64,000 nt of DNA. It comes from Octopus sinensis (Eukaryota). Shown piece after piece: positions 25,591 through 38,340 of the stretch (within the stretch, counting starts at the first letter, position 1; each line of letters starts with the position of its first letter). The notes under the pieces are model-generated. The model saw only the letters and a list, made by a program, of their open reading frames with translations, ran no database searches and was not told the origin of the DNA. The translations under genes and the position numbers were made by a program. The stretch is taken from the NCBI RefSeq assembly GCF_006345805.1, contig NC_043007.1:11532001-11596000 (forward strand), written 5' to 3'.

Positions 25591-26944
25591 GTATTGATGT
25601 CTGTCATGATTATGATGATGATGATGATGGCTAACTCTTATCAAACAGGTACAGGTCTTGTGATCAAAAGTATTCAAGCTAAGACCAAACATCTGTGAAA
25701 TTGAAACAATCACTGTGCCAGGCAGTGGGACTGAACCTGGAACCATGTGATTCAGAAGCAAGCTTCTGGCTGTGTGCTAAAAAGTTTGCTTCTCGACCCC
25801 CATGGTTCCGGGTTCATTCCCACTGCATGGCACCTTGGGCGAGTGTCTTCTGTAACTTCGGGCCGACCAAAGCCTTGTGAGTGGATTTGATAGAAGGAAA
25901 CTGGAGGAAGCCTATTGTGTATATTTATATCTATGTTTCTGTGTCTTTGTGTCAGTGTTTGTCACTCACCACTGCTTGACAACCGGTGTTGGTGTGTTTA
26001 CATCCTCATAACAGCAGCTGAGCAAAAGAGATCAGTAGAATAAATACTGGTAGATTAAATAAACATAAGCACTGGGGTTGGCTCATTTGACTGAAAATTC
26101 TTCATTGCGGTGCCCCAGCATGGCCACAGTCACATGACTGACTCAAGTGAAAGATAGAAAGAGCAAACAGTGACATCCTCATACAATATTCTTTCTTTAT
26201 TTCTTTTTTCCTTTTTAAAAGATGGTATGTGGGGATTGCTTTGAGGTGGATTTGTTTGTCATTTCTAGCAGGTTGAATGGTTATGTCGAGGCATCCGCAT
26301 CAACTCACCATAATGATGGAGATGGAGGTAGTAGTGATAAGGAGGACCGTGATTGTTGTTATGGTGGTGGTGGTGGTGGTGGTGATAGTGGTGGTGGGGA
26401 CAGGATAATGATGATGATGATGATGATGGTGATGGTGATGATGATGGTGATGATGATGATGATGATGATGATGGTGGTGGTATTGATGTCTGTGATGATG
26501 ATGATGATGATGATGATGGTACTGATCATGATAATGATGATGATGATGGTATTGATGTCTGATGATGATGATGATGATAATGATGGTGTTGAGGATGATG
26601 ATAGTGGTAGTGATGATGATGATGATGATGACAACGACGATGACAATGACGATGACCACAACAATAGTGATGATGGTAAATAGCAATGATGGCGGGAGAG
26701 GGGTCTGTAGCAAAGGCAGCGGCAGCAGGAGCAATAACAACATGTGTGTGTGTGTAATGAGTTTGTTGTCTTTAAGTGGGAAGATAAAGCATGCACCCAC
26801 AGCGTAAGAAATGGAACAGAATACATATTCACACCATTGAGCAGCACATCACAGGTTGTGGCATGTAACTAGTTATTTCATATAACTGATCAAATGTTAT
26901 TCTTCTGTTGTACTTGGCAATATATTCAGTTGCAACTAGTAATA

Positions 26945-27340
26945 TCTTTATATATAAAAGTGAGGTTGTGTGCTGTCTGTCTCCTACAATTTAGATTCCT
27001 AACTACTCCCACATTTTGCGGTGCAGTTTAACCAAAACCGGGTATCTTATAGTTGTGATTCATATCGAGCCCTTCTGGGTATTAGCGCACGTCTACGATG
27101 AGTCTACGATTTAAAAAAGAATTTACCATCAATTTTCCCCATTTTTAATGCATTTTTGGCATATATAATGGAAGTAACTCTCTAAAAACTTATTATTAAA
27201 TCTCAGAACGTAAAAAGCTACAGTAACACACCCCCTTTGTGGTTAGCCATATTGAGATGGCTATTATACTTTACATCTCTAAAAATGCTTATATAGTTAT
27301 TTCCCTTACAAACCCGAGCAACGCCGGGCGATACTGCTAG
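26945..27340 (+). mobile_element. Non-autonomous Helitron, copy 1
   Basis: A|TC...CTAG|T boundaries; subterminal hairpin cccgagcaacgccggg about 12 nt before CTAG; no TSD. Confidence 0.88.
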
Positions 27341-28341
27341 TTCTTAATATAATCTTTTATTCTTTCGTTCTTTTATTCCTTTATTCTTTTACTTGTTTTT
27401 ATCATTGAACTGTAGCCATGTTGGACCGGTGCTTTGAAGGGTTTAGTTGACCTTAGTACATGCTTATTTACTTTTTTTTTAAGCCTGCTACTTATTCTAT
27501 CAGTCACTTTTTGCTGAACCACTAAGTTACGGGGACATAAACAAGCCAACACCAGTTGTCAAATGGTGGTGGGGGACAAATACAAGCATAAAGACACACA
27601 GACACAGACACACACAAACAAACACTCACACATGCAGGCACACATACACACACACATTCACACACACAAATATACACACACGATGGGCTCACACACATAC
27701 ACATATATATTACATATACATTATCATCATTAGGTTGAGCTTGCTTGGATTGATAGATACATACATACACACACATATATAAATACATTCATATATATAT
27801 ATATATAATAATAATATTAGGGAATAAATCCAAACTTACTGGGAAAAATTAGATTTAGGATTAAATCCAATTTTATAGTATAAATATATTATATTATATT
27901 ATATTAAATTAATTTTATGTATTGGCTTATATTTTTCACTGTTTGATTTGCCTAATAGTGGTTTTATCTCTAATTTAATATAATATAATATATATATATA
28001 TATACATACGTTTTACTGTTTTGTTTTTACTGTCCTATTTTTCTCACCACTTTAACTCTCCGCAAAAAATCCCAAATTTTATTTAATTTACTTTGCGGGA
28101 AGGACTGCTTTAACAACGTCACATCTTGTCCTTACCTTCAAAATGCAGAGTAGATAAAACAGGGCACAACTGATGAAGGGAATGTTCTTTATGTTGCATG
28201 TCTCGTTTCTCTGTTTGCTTTTTTTCTTGTGCAAAAAAGTTCATTTTCTATGTTTTTGTTTTTTATGTTCTTGTTCTTCCTTGTGTCTACATTTTCTTGA
28301 TGTCCAGTATCCATACATGCATACATATATACATATATAGG

Positions 28342-28404
<63 letters not shown>

Positions 28405-28496
28405 ATATGCATATATTTATATATGCTTATATTTATATATTATTTATATTATTGTATGATTAAATGGCATACATTCATTTCCAAGTAAGTTTTATA

Positions 28497-28527
<31 letters not shown>

Positions 28528-28797
28528 TCAAGATTAATCAGCCGAAATTGCGAGGATGATCCGGTTCTTGACTGAAGATTGAAGGCTTCGAATGTCCTGT
28601 CCGTGTTTTTTGTATCGCCTTCTAAATGTTTTGCGTTCTTGTCCCAGTTTGTACTTTTGTACATATACATATATATATATATATAATATATATATACCAG
28701 AGTAAGCACATCGATGTGAAACAAGGTGGAAAAAATAGTACTCGAATACCAGAGGTAGAGTAATATGCCTTATTAATAAAGCTGTAAAAACATCACA

Positions 28798-28843
28798 AAA
28801 ACTGTTACTCTGAGTTTCATGTTCTCATTCGTCGGACAGTTTT
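28798..28843 (-). ncRNA. Hammerhead-like motif, U4C core variant
   Basis: Minus strand: aaaactgt CCGACGA atg-agaa-cat GAAA ctc-a-gag TA acagtttt; 8-bp stem I. Confidence 0.55.
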
Positions 28844-28859
28844 GGTTGGAATCTCAACC

Positions 28860-28905
28860 AAAACTGTCCGATGAATGGGAACGTGAAATTCTGAGTAACA
28901 GTTTT
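28860..28905 (+). ncRNA. Hammerhead-like motif, U4C core variant
   Basis: aaaactgt CCGATGA atg-ggaa-cgt GAAA ttc-t-gag TA acagtttt; inverted partner of 28798-28843. Confidence 0.55.
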
Positions 28906-28991
28906 TTGTGATGTCTTGCAGTTTTATTGATAAAGTATGTGTGTGTGTGGGTGGGTGTGTGTGTGTGTGTGTGTACTATATATATATATAT

Positions 28992-29067
<76 letters not shown>

Positions 29068-29068
29068 C

Positions 29069-29112
<44 letters not shown>

Positions 29113-29196
29113 CAAATTAACAGAAAAAGCAAAGGACAAAGACAGGTGGAGGAACAAGTGGGTGTATTAGTTTGTTGCTCACGAAAAATGAAAAAG

Positions 29197-29234
29197 TCTT
29201 TTACGTTTTGAGCCTATGCTCTTTAACAGAAAGG
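29197..29234 (-). ncRNA. Degenerate hammerhead-like motif (paralog of 46242-46279)
   Basis: Minus strand: ccttt CTGTTAA a gagc-atag-gctc AAAA cg TA aaaga; core heavily mutated. Confidence 0.4.
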
Positions 29235-29336
29235 AATGGGGGAAAAAATGGAGAGAGAATAAAAAAGAGAGAGAGAGAAAAAAACAGTGTAGTGTTCAGC
29301 AGTTCAACATGACATACAACTAGAAAAAAATATATA

Positions 29337-29723
29337 TCTTTATATATAAAAGTGAAGTTGTGTGTCTGTCTCCTACAATTTAGATTCCTAACTACTCCAC
29401 ATTTTGCTGTGCAGTGTAACCAAAAGCGGATATCTTATAGACGTAATTCATATCGAGCCCTTCTGGGTATTAGCGTGCGTCTACGATGATTCTACGATTT
29501 AAAAAAAAATTTACCATAATTTTTTCCCACTTTTAATGCATTTTTTTGCTATTATATAAGGGAAGTAACTCTCTAAAATGTATTATTAAATCTCAGAACG
29601 TAAAAAGCTACTGTAACACCCCCCTTTGTGGTCAGCCATATTGAGATGGCTATTATACTTTACATCTCCAAAAATGCTTATATTTCCCTTACAAACCCGA
29701 GCAACGCCGGGCGATACTGCTAG
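29337..29723 (+). mobile_element. Non-autonomous Helitron, copy 2
   Basis: Same element as 26945-27340; A|TC...cccgagcaacgccgggcgatactgCTAG|T. Confidence 0.88.
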
Positions 29724-29837
29724 TATTTATATATAAATATGAAGTACTTGAGTCATGCAGGCCTGGTCAGCCGTCAGAGAACTCACAGGAATTGATCTCT
29801 TGTAAATTGTGGTATGGCTATTGTTCACAACAGAACA

Positions 29838-30005
29838 TGTGCAACCTGTGGAATGGTGTGCCTTTCAGTTGGAGAATTGTAAAGGCATGCGAAAAGAATT
29901 CATATTGTGACAGCCATTCCCTCTGCCAGCCAGCACAGCTGTGCATTATACAATAGAATGTGCAAATCTTTGGCCAGGTTCAAGAGTCATACAAGGGCCT
30001 TACAT
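29838..30005 (+). mobile_element. LINE (probably RTE-type) C-terminal double zinc-finger-like remnant
   Basis: CATCGMVCLSVGEL*RHAKRIH...CALYNRMCKSLARFKSHTRALH, with an in-frame stop and no TGEKP linkers. Confidence 0.5.
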
Positions 30006-30229
30006 AGCATCATCAATGACTCATTTCAATGATTGCTTCCAGTAATGGCTTTGCTTGTATACAAGAAGCAGCCACTATATATATATATATATGTATATCG
30101 ACATTTTAAAACTGATGTAATACTTACAGTGTTTAATACAATGAAGTAGCATGAAACGATTTATACCACATGACCTCGGATATACTTGTTGCTTATTTTG
30201 ATTATATATATATATATAATATATATATA

Positions 30230-30690
30230 GGCGTAGGAGTGGCTGTGAGGTAAGTAGCTTGCTTACCAACCACATGGTTCCGGGTTCAGTCCCACTCCAT
30301 GGCACCTTGGGCAAGTAATTCTACTATAGCCTCAGGCCGACCAAAGCCTTGTGAGTGGATTTGGTAGACGGAAACTGAAAGAAGCTCATCGTATATATGT
30401 ATATATATATATATATATATGTAAGTGTGTGTATATGTTTGTGTCTAGGTGTTTGTCCCACCAACATTGCTTGACAATTGATACTAGTTTGTTTACGTCC
30501 CCGTAACTTAGCGTAACGTCCTCGTAACCAATGTTGGTGTGTTTATGTCCCTATAACTTAGCTGTTCGGCAAAAGAGACCAATAGAATAAGTACTAGTCT
30601 TACAAAAAATAAATCCTGGGGTCGATTTGCTCGACTAAAGGTGGTGCTCCAGCATGGCCGCAGTCAAATGACTGAAACAAGTAAAAGAGT
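30230..30690 (+). mobile_element. SINE family A
   Basis: Full head to tail with a small internal duplication. Confidence 0.85.
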
Positions 30691-30877
30691 ATATATATTA
30701 TTGTTCTTCCCTCTTCATAGCAGTCCATACTTTGTATATGAAAGCATTTGTCGGACAGTGTCTTTGAAGAATCTAGCATGCAGGGTCTTGATCAGCTTTG
30801 CTTTTAACATGACCTTTATTAACCCTGCCCTTATTCTCTTTGGAATTTCAACATTCCTGTCTCAATGCATATCCACT

Positions 30878-31170
30878 GTGGAATGATCCATGCGAGGAAT
30901 ATTGCAAGTAGATATCCAAAATAGGAAAAGATTCAAGAACCGAGTAGAATGAACAACATAATCACAGAATACTGGAAGCAGAAGTTCTGCTGGGCTGGAT
31001 GTGTTGCAAGGTTCACAGACCGGCACTGTTGGTGAGTGGTAGCCAAGAGATCAGGAAAGGCCACATGGAAGGCCTCCACAATGATGGGAAGATGATTTAG
31101 TTAAATAATTTGGACCAAGATGGAAAAAAATGGTGGAATCAAGAAAGAATTGTAAGTGCACTGTGATCAG
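30878..31170 (+). mobile_element. RTE LINE ORF C-terminal remnant
   Basis: EYWKQKFCWAGCVARFTD...PRDQERPHGRPPQ*WEDDL matches the RTE W-AGHVAR...RGRP..RW.DD pattern. Confidence 0.75.
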
Positions 31171-31217
31171 TGATGTATAACAATATCCGATAGTCTGGCA
31201 GTCTGATCAATACAGTG

Positions 31218-31263
<46 letters not shown>

Positions 31264-31277
31264 GCGCGTGCGTATGT

Positions 31278-31382
<105 letters not shown>

Positions 31383-32699
31383 CATGTATGTATGTATATG
31401 TATGAATGTATGCATGCATGGATGGAGGTATGGAGGGATGGATGGCTGAATGAATGCATATATGTGTCTGTGTCTGTGTGTATCTATCTATCTATCCATA
31501 TATATGTATGTATGTATGTATATCTGTAAGTGTATTACTGTGTGTTTGGATTTAATTATCTACCATTAAATTCTATAATTATGCAGTATTTACGAAGAGC
31601 TCTGCTATTTTCAATATTAATAATGATTTCTTTTAATTAAACATTCTACTGTCGTCATGATAAACACACTTGACCAATTCTATTACAGACATTGTCCATT
31701 AGAACAATGTCCTGGCTTGAAAAGCCAGAGTAAAAATCGTTTTATTTAACCAAGATTCTCTCTACAAACTGAAACTTGCAAGCAAGTACTATTGAGATTT
31801 TTGAGGTTACTCATGGAAAATCCAGTGGAGGGGACTCTTTGGTATTGGCCTGTGTTAGGGTATTAAGTTATCTCTCACACCTGAAGATTTGAGGTAGTAC
31901 CTTGAGTAAGTCCTAACCCTCTTGGGACACCCAGGCCAATTGATTGGCCCAAGTGATATAAGCTGAAAGGACTTTGATGTCGATCCATCAGCCCAATGGA
32001 ACAAATGTTGTGAATGGTTGGTTTTGAAGTGTAATAGCCAATCAGAGATCATCTCCCAGTAGATGTATCACGATAGAAAAAAATTTGGGGTCTTTTTGGC
32101 TACACATACCAAAGCGCTTTGTGTCTCAAAAGGGTCAAGCCTTTTGCACCCAGTGTTATGTTGTCATAAGACATGGGCACACTGGGCAGTTGTTTACAGG
32201 CCCCGATGCAAACCTATGTGAGTTGTGGTCCTCTATGTAAGGGTCCTGGTGCATTGTTTTGTCTGGAGAGCTTTAATGATTTTAAGATACCCTTGCTCAT
32301 GCAGGGGTTACAATGAAATACAAAAATGGCAGAACAGACATGTTTTGCTAATTCTAACCCTATGACAGTGAAACCAAGCAATTATTGCAACAGTTTGATT
32401 CTTCCAAACATCTTGCTTATTTTACCATTATGGCTGTATGTTAAATGCCCCTCAAAATTGCTGGCGTTGGGCTAAATTTAGAAAGCACAATGGACAAAAT
32501 GCTTAGCAGCATTTCATCCTTCTCTTCCACTGAGGTCAAATTTGATTTTCATCCCTTTCAGGGTCAATAAAGTAAGTATCAGTTGATCACCGGGGTTGAT
32601 GTAATTGACTTGTCCCCTCACTTAAAACAGCCAGTCATGTGACATCATCATCATCATCATCATCATCCTCATTATCCCCATTATAATAATATTTAGAGT

Positions 32700-32933
32700 T
32701 AAGGCGGCAAGCTGGCAGAAACGTTAGCATGCCGGGTGAAATGCGTAGCCATATTTCGTCTGCCGTTATGTTCTGAGTTCAAATTCCGCCGAGGTCGACT
32801 TTGCCTTTCATCCTTTCGGGGGTCGATAAATTAAGTGCCAGTTACGCAGTGGGGTCGATGTAATCGACTTAACCCATTTGTCTGTCCTTGTTTGTCCCCT
32901 CTGTGTTTAGCCCCTTGTGGGCAGTAAAGAAAT
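32700..32933 (+). mobile_element. SINE family B
   Basis: Full-length copy. Confidence 0.87.
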
Positions 32934-34671
32934 ATATAATAATATTTAGAGTTAAGCTGTGTGGGTAGGTGTTTCTTTTAAAAATATTTTCTTCATGTTT
33001 TACTCACAGAGGAAAAAGAACAGCATACACAGCCAACCAGCCAGTCAGCCCAGGGACTGGTGCAGGAAAGGGAAGAAATTAGCACAGCACATGGGTGCAG
33101 CAAAGAGAAAGCCACACTTCAAGATATCCTGTCATTTCCAGACAGGAGACATATTTCAAATGCTTTCAAAATAATGAAATTTGCTATTAACACAGAAATA
33201 TAAAATAACACTGAAACCAATACAGATTATTAATATTATGTTGTTTCTGCAGTTCTTTAGCTCCAAATCAGCACCAAGCCAGCTCTGATCCAGCAGACCT
33301 GTGGTCATAGATACTTTGTTGATGACCAGCTTTCTCCTTTTTTAATTTTTTATTTTCTTTATTTCGGGCCTTGTGCCTAGAGTAGAAAAAAAAATCATTA
33401 GCACGTTGGGAAAAATGCTCTGTGGCATTTCACCTGTCATTATGTTCCGAGTTCAAATTCTGCCAAGGTTGACTTTGCCTTTCATCCTTTCAGAGTTGAT
33501 AAAACAGGTACCAGTTGATCACTGGGGTCACTGTAATCGACTACCCGCCACCTCTGAAATTGCTGACCTTGTGCCAAAATTTAAAAAAAGAATCAAACTG
33601 TTGCAAAATTTAAAATCTGCCTCAATATAATCTGTCGCTTGATGCAAGCATGGAAAAGTGGATGTTAAAACAATGATGATGCTGCTGCTGATGATGATGA
33701 TGATGTGTGCATGTGTATGAGTGATTTCATATTGTTGAGCGAGTTCTTATTTCTTTCCTCACACATTTGTTCACATTTTAAACAACGACTTTGTTAATGG
33801 TGTCATTTGTTTGCAGTCCACTACAGAAACACTACCAGGCTTCTTAACATGTCAACACGTTGCGTGACCTTTGTAGACAAAAGGCTCATTCATACAGTGT
33901 CGTTTGCTTCTAGTTCTTCAAATAAACATACCCAGGCAGTTTGTTGTTCAATAAACTGAAAGATTATTACCTTATTTGGAAACAAGCAGGCGGCTGGCAC
34001 CAAGAAGGACATCTGGCCATAGAAATAAAACTCTGCTTTTACATGTTCCCATTTGATCCATGCAAGCATGGAAAAGTATATCTAAAAATGATGACGATGA
34101 TGGGGATGTGTAGGGTGCATTGTATGTACAGAATACTGCATTGCTTTTATTCAAGATGACCAGAAAGGAGGCCATTAAGTGATAGTGAAGGCAGCAGCAT
34201 GGAAAGAGATTATGTTGAAGGTAACAACTTATTGCTTTACAAAGGTTTTATGTCTTACTGCTGAAGCATTAAAGCTTGCTACATCTGCAATGAGAATAAT
34301 ACATGATAATAAAGATGGAATTTGGTCAAATGCTCAAGCAGTTGCTCTTCTGATTTTTCCTAGATATGAGGTAAGGTAATAGCACGGAGTGGTTCTTGAG
34401 TGTGGGAATTGATCAGATTGCGTGAAATATGATGGATAAACAGATAAACATGATGACCATTCAAATGAAAACTAATGGCTTGTATGAGAATTTATAAAAG
34501 GAAGAAGATGCAACTTTGAATCAAAGCATTTTCTGGCTTGAAAAGGAGTTTTTCGGGGATTTAAGAGAGAACCTTGATTTATACAGCATTAAATTCAAGT
34601 GAAGTGCTGTTAGCGATGATACAGAGCTTTGTAAGTATTCTCAGGAACCGAACAAAATTATTACTGGATGG

Positions 34672-35054
34672 TGGAAGCACTCCGTCAGTTACGACGACGA
34701 GGGTTCCGGTTGATCCGAATCAACAGAACAGCCTGCTCATGAAATTAACATGTAAGTGGCTGAGCACTCCACAGACACGTGTACCCTTAACGTAGTTCTC
34801 GGGGATATTCAGCATGACACAGAGAGTGACAAGGCCGGCCCTTTGAAATACAGGTACAACAGAAACAGGAAGTAAGAGTGAGAGAAAGTTGTGGTGAAAG
34901 AGTACAGCAGTGATCACCACCATCCCCTGCCGGAGCCTTGTGGAGCTTTAGGTGTTTTCGCTCAATAAACACTCACAACGCCCGGTCTGGGAATCGAAAC
35001 CATGATCCTATGACCGCGAGTCCGCTGCCCTAACCACTGGGCCATTGCGCCTCC
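34672..35054 (-). mobile_element. tRNA-derived SINE family D (young)
   Basis: Reverse complement of 35391-35773; 12-bp TSD tattactggatg at 34659-34670 and 35057-35068. Confidence 0.92.
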
Positions 35055-35390
35055 ACTATTACTGGATGAGGCCATACATGATTACAAGTGTTATTTGCAA
35101 TTGATGAATCTAGGCTTTTCCAAAAACCCATTTTTATTAGGACTCCCATTTCTCATAAAGTAAATTCAACACTAGACTTTAAAACTTAAAGGCAGCCTGC
35201 TGGTTCTTCTGGGAGAAAATGGAGCAATATTTATTCTTACTAAGGCAGTGAGCTTCTAGAATCATTAGCACGCCAAGTAAAAGCTTAGTGGCATTTCATC
35301 CATCATTACATTCTGAGTTCAAATTCTACTGAGGTCGACTTTGCTTTTCATTCTTTTCATTAGTTGAATGGTGGTGTTGATGGAATCAGT

Positions 35391-35773
35391 GGAGGCGCAA
35401 TGGCCCAGTGGTTAGGGCAGCGGACTCGCGGTCATAGGATCGCGGTTTCGATTCCCAGACCGGGCGTTGTGAGTGTTTATTGAGCGAAAACACCTAAAGC
35501 TCCACGAGGCTCCGGCAGGGGATGGTGGTGATCCCTGCTGTACTCTTTCACCGCAACTTCCTCTCAATCTTACTTACTGTTTCTGTTGTACCTGTACTTC
35601 AAAGGGCCGGCCTTGTCACTCTCTGTGTCACGCTGAATATCCCCGAGAACTACGTTAAGGGTACATGTATCTGTGGAGTGCTCAGCCACTTACACGTTAA
35701 TTTCATGAGCAGGCTGTTCCGTTGATTCGGATCAACCGGAACCCTCATCGTCGTAACCGACGGAGTGCTTCCA
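35391..35773 (+). mobile_element. tRNA-derived SINE family D (young), nested in a SINE B relic
   Basis: A box tggcccagtgg and B box ggtttcgattcc; 18-bp TSD ggtggtgttgatggaatc at 35370-35387 and 35776-35793. Confidence 0.92.
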
Positions 35774-36399
35774 TCGGTGGTGTTGATGGAATCGACTTGT
35801 CCCCACCTTCCAACTTGCAGATCTTGTACCCAATATATTTCTCTTTAATTGTATTTATATGTACTGTATATGTGTGCAAAAGAGAAGTTAGTTTTTTCGG
35901 GCGCAATGTTGGCTGCATTACTTACCATTTTTTCCCAATGAAAATTCTGTAAAAAAATATCTCGATTTGTAACATTAAAGTTAATAGGTAAAAAAAATGG
36001 TTTTGTGTAAAGTGTTTATGAAATGCCACATTTTTTAATGTGGCACAGTTGGTGGTGAGGATTTGTCTATGTATGTTTATATGTATGTGCTTATGTATGC
36101 ATGTATGTATGGTTATGTACAGGTATGTATGTGTATATGTATGTGTGTGTGTGTGTGTGTGTAAAAATACAAATATATATATATATATATATACACATAC
36201 ATATATATACTGCACATATGTATACATACACACATATATTTGTATGTATGCCTATGTACATACATATAACATGCATACATACAGACATTCATACACACAC
36301 ATATATACACACATATATACATACATACACACATACATACATACATACGTATATACATGCAGACATACATACATACAGACATACATACATACATACATA

Positions 36400-36778
36400 C
36401 GGCACACAAAAAGCACCATACAAGTGTAGTCAATGCCAGTGCTGCCTCACTGGCTCCTGTGCCAGCGGCATGTGAAAACCACCATAAAAGCATGGTCAAT
36501 GCCCATGCCACCTGACTGGCACCTTTGCCGGTGGCATGTAAACAACAACATCCGAGCGTGGTCAATACCAGTGTCACCTGACTGGCCTCCATGCTGGTGG
36601 CATGTAAAAAGCACCCACTACACTCTTGGAGTTGTTGGCGTTAGGAAGAGCATCCAACTGTAGAGACCTTGCCAGATCAGATTGGAGCCTGGTGCAGCCA
36701 TCTGGCTTGCCAGTCCTCAGTCAAACCATCCAACCCATACCAGCATAGAAAGCAGATGTTAAATGATGATGATGATAC
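36400..36778 (+). mobile_element. RTE LINE 3' UTR fragment
   Basis: Repeated gtggcatgtaaaa units, then the ttaggaagagcatcc...(GAT)n tail. Confidence 0.7.
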
Positions 36779-37338
36779 ATTTCTCTTTTACTTGTTTCAC
36801 TCATTTGACTGTGGCCATGCTGGAGCACCGCCTGTAGTCGAGCAAATCAACCCCAGGACTTATTCTTTGTAAGCCAAGTACTTATTCTATCAGACTTTTT
36901 TGCCGAACCGCTAAGTTACAGGGATGTAAACACACCAGCATCAGTTGTCAAGCGATGTTGGGGGTTCAAGGCTATAGTAGAAGGCACTTCCTCAAGGTGC
37001 CATGAAAGAAGTCTGTTGTTGATATATATATTATGTGTGTGTGTGTGTGTGTGTGTGTATACATATATGTATATATTTTAGTGTGTGTGTCTTTGTATCT
37101 GTGTTTGTCTCCCCCCCCCCACACACTATCAATTAATAACTGATGTTGAAGTATTTATGTCCTTGTAACTTAGCAGTTTGTCCAAAGAGACCGACAGAAT
37201 AAGTACCAGACTTACAAAGAATAAATCTTGGGGTTGATTCTTTTGACTAAAAGGTGGTGCTCCCGCATGGCCTCAGTAAAATGACTAAAACAAATAAAAA
37301 TAGTAAGAGATTACACATACTTTCAGCTGAGTATCTGT

Positions 37339-37735
37339 GGCCACTTAGTTTAATTGTACAGAGCACTCAGTTGGAATCTGAGAGATACGGGTTTCAATTC
37401 TCTGTAGGGGCTGGCTGTCCACATTTTTTTTTTGTACATTTTCTAAAGGGTATTTATCTGACCTTCTTGGTTTTTTTCACAACTATTCTGCATTCAAGAC
37501 TTATTTTCTGTAAAATACCAACTCACTCTGCACTTTTAAGCTTATTATAAAAAATGCTCTCACATTTCAAAAGCTATTATAGTATTAGTTGTCAGGGGTC
37601 ACTTAGCTTAACAGTACAAAGCACTCCGCAAGAATTTGAGAGATAGAGGATTTGATTCTCTGTAGTGGCTTGCTGGGAATAGTCAGGGGTCACTTAGCTT
37701 AATGGTAAGAGGGCTCAGCTGGAATTTGAGAGGAA
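37339..37735 (+). pseudogene. Three decayed tRNA-like heads (older SINE or tRNA pseudogenes)
   Basis: 37339-37412, 37597-37670 and 37688-37732 share ggtcacttagcttaa...ctcag-(t/c)tggaat-(c/t)tgag...gttc/tttgatt. The anticodon-arm-like loop reads GGA in copies 1 and 3. Confidence 0.5.
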
Positions 37736-37894
37736 AATCTGGCCACTTTTCTCTATCTTCTAAAGGGCATTTACCTGATCTTCTAGGCTGTTTTCACAGC
37801 TATTCTACATTTGAAATTTACTTTATTTTCTGTAAAATATGTGTGTGTGTGTGTGTGTGGTGTGTGTGTGTGTGAGTGTGTGGCAGTGTGTGTA

Positions 37895-38340
37895 CTCTTT
37901 TACTTGTTTCAGTCATGTGACTGTGGCCATGCTGGAGCACCGCTTTTAGTCGAGCAAATTGACCCCCAAAACTTATTCTTTGTAAGCCCAATACTTATTC
38001 TAATGCTGGAGCACCGCTTTTAGTCGAGCAAATTGACCCCCAAAACTTATTCTTTGTAAGCCTAATACTTATTCTATCAATCTCTTTTGCCAAACCACTA
38101 AGTTACAGGGATGTAAACACACCAGCATCGGTTGTCAAGCGATGTTGGCAGGGTGGGGTGGGGGACAAACACACACACACACAACGGGCTTCTTTCAGTT
38201 TCTGTCTACTAAATCCACTCACAAGGCTTTGGTCGGCCCGAGGCTAGAGTAGAAGACACTTGCCCAAGGTACCACGCAGTGGGACTGAACCCGGGACCAT
38301 GTGGTTCGTATGCAAGCTACTTACCACACAGCCACTCCTA
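37895..38340 (-). mobile_element. SINE family A with 74-bp internal tandem duplication
   Basis: atgctggagcaccgc...tacttattcta is repeated at 37929 and 38003. Confidence 0.85.

Noticed and set aside
28572-28600. CTGAAGA...ttcGAATgtc motif
   Set aside because: GAAU instead of GAAA and no stem I complementarity.
29838-30005. Possible C2H2 zinc-finger gene exon
   Set aside because: In-frame stop, degenerate second finger and no TGEKP linkers; fits the zinc-finger-like C-terminus of a LINE ORF better.
31860-32300. Possible LINE ORF1 zinc-knuckle remnant (CTQC....GHTGQL)
   Set aside because: Too degenerate to call without a profile search.
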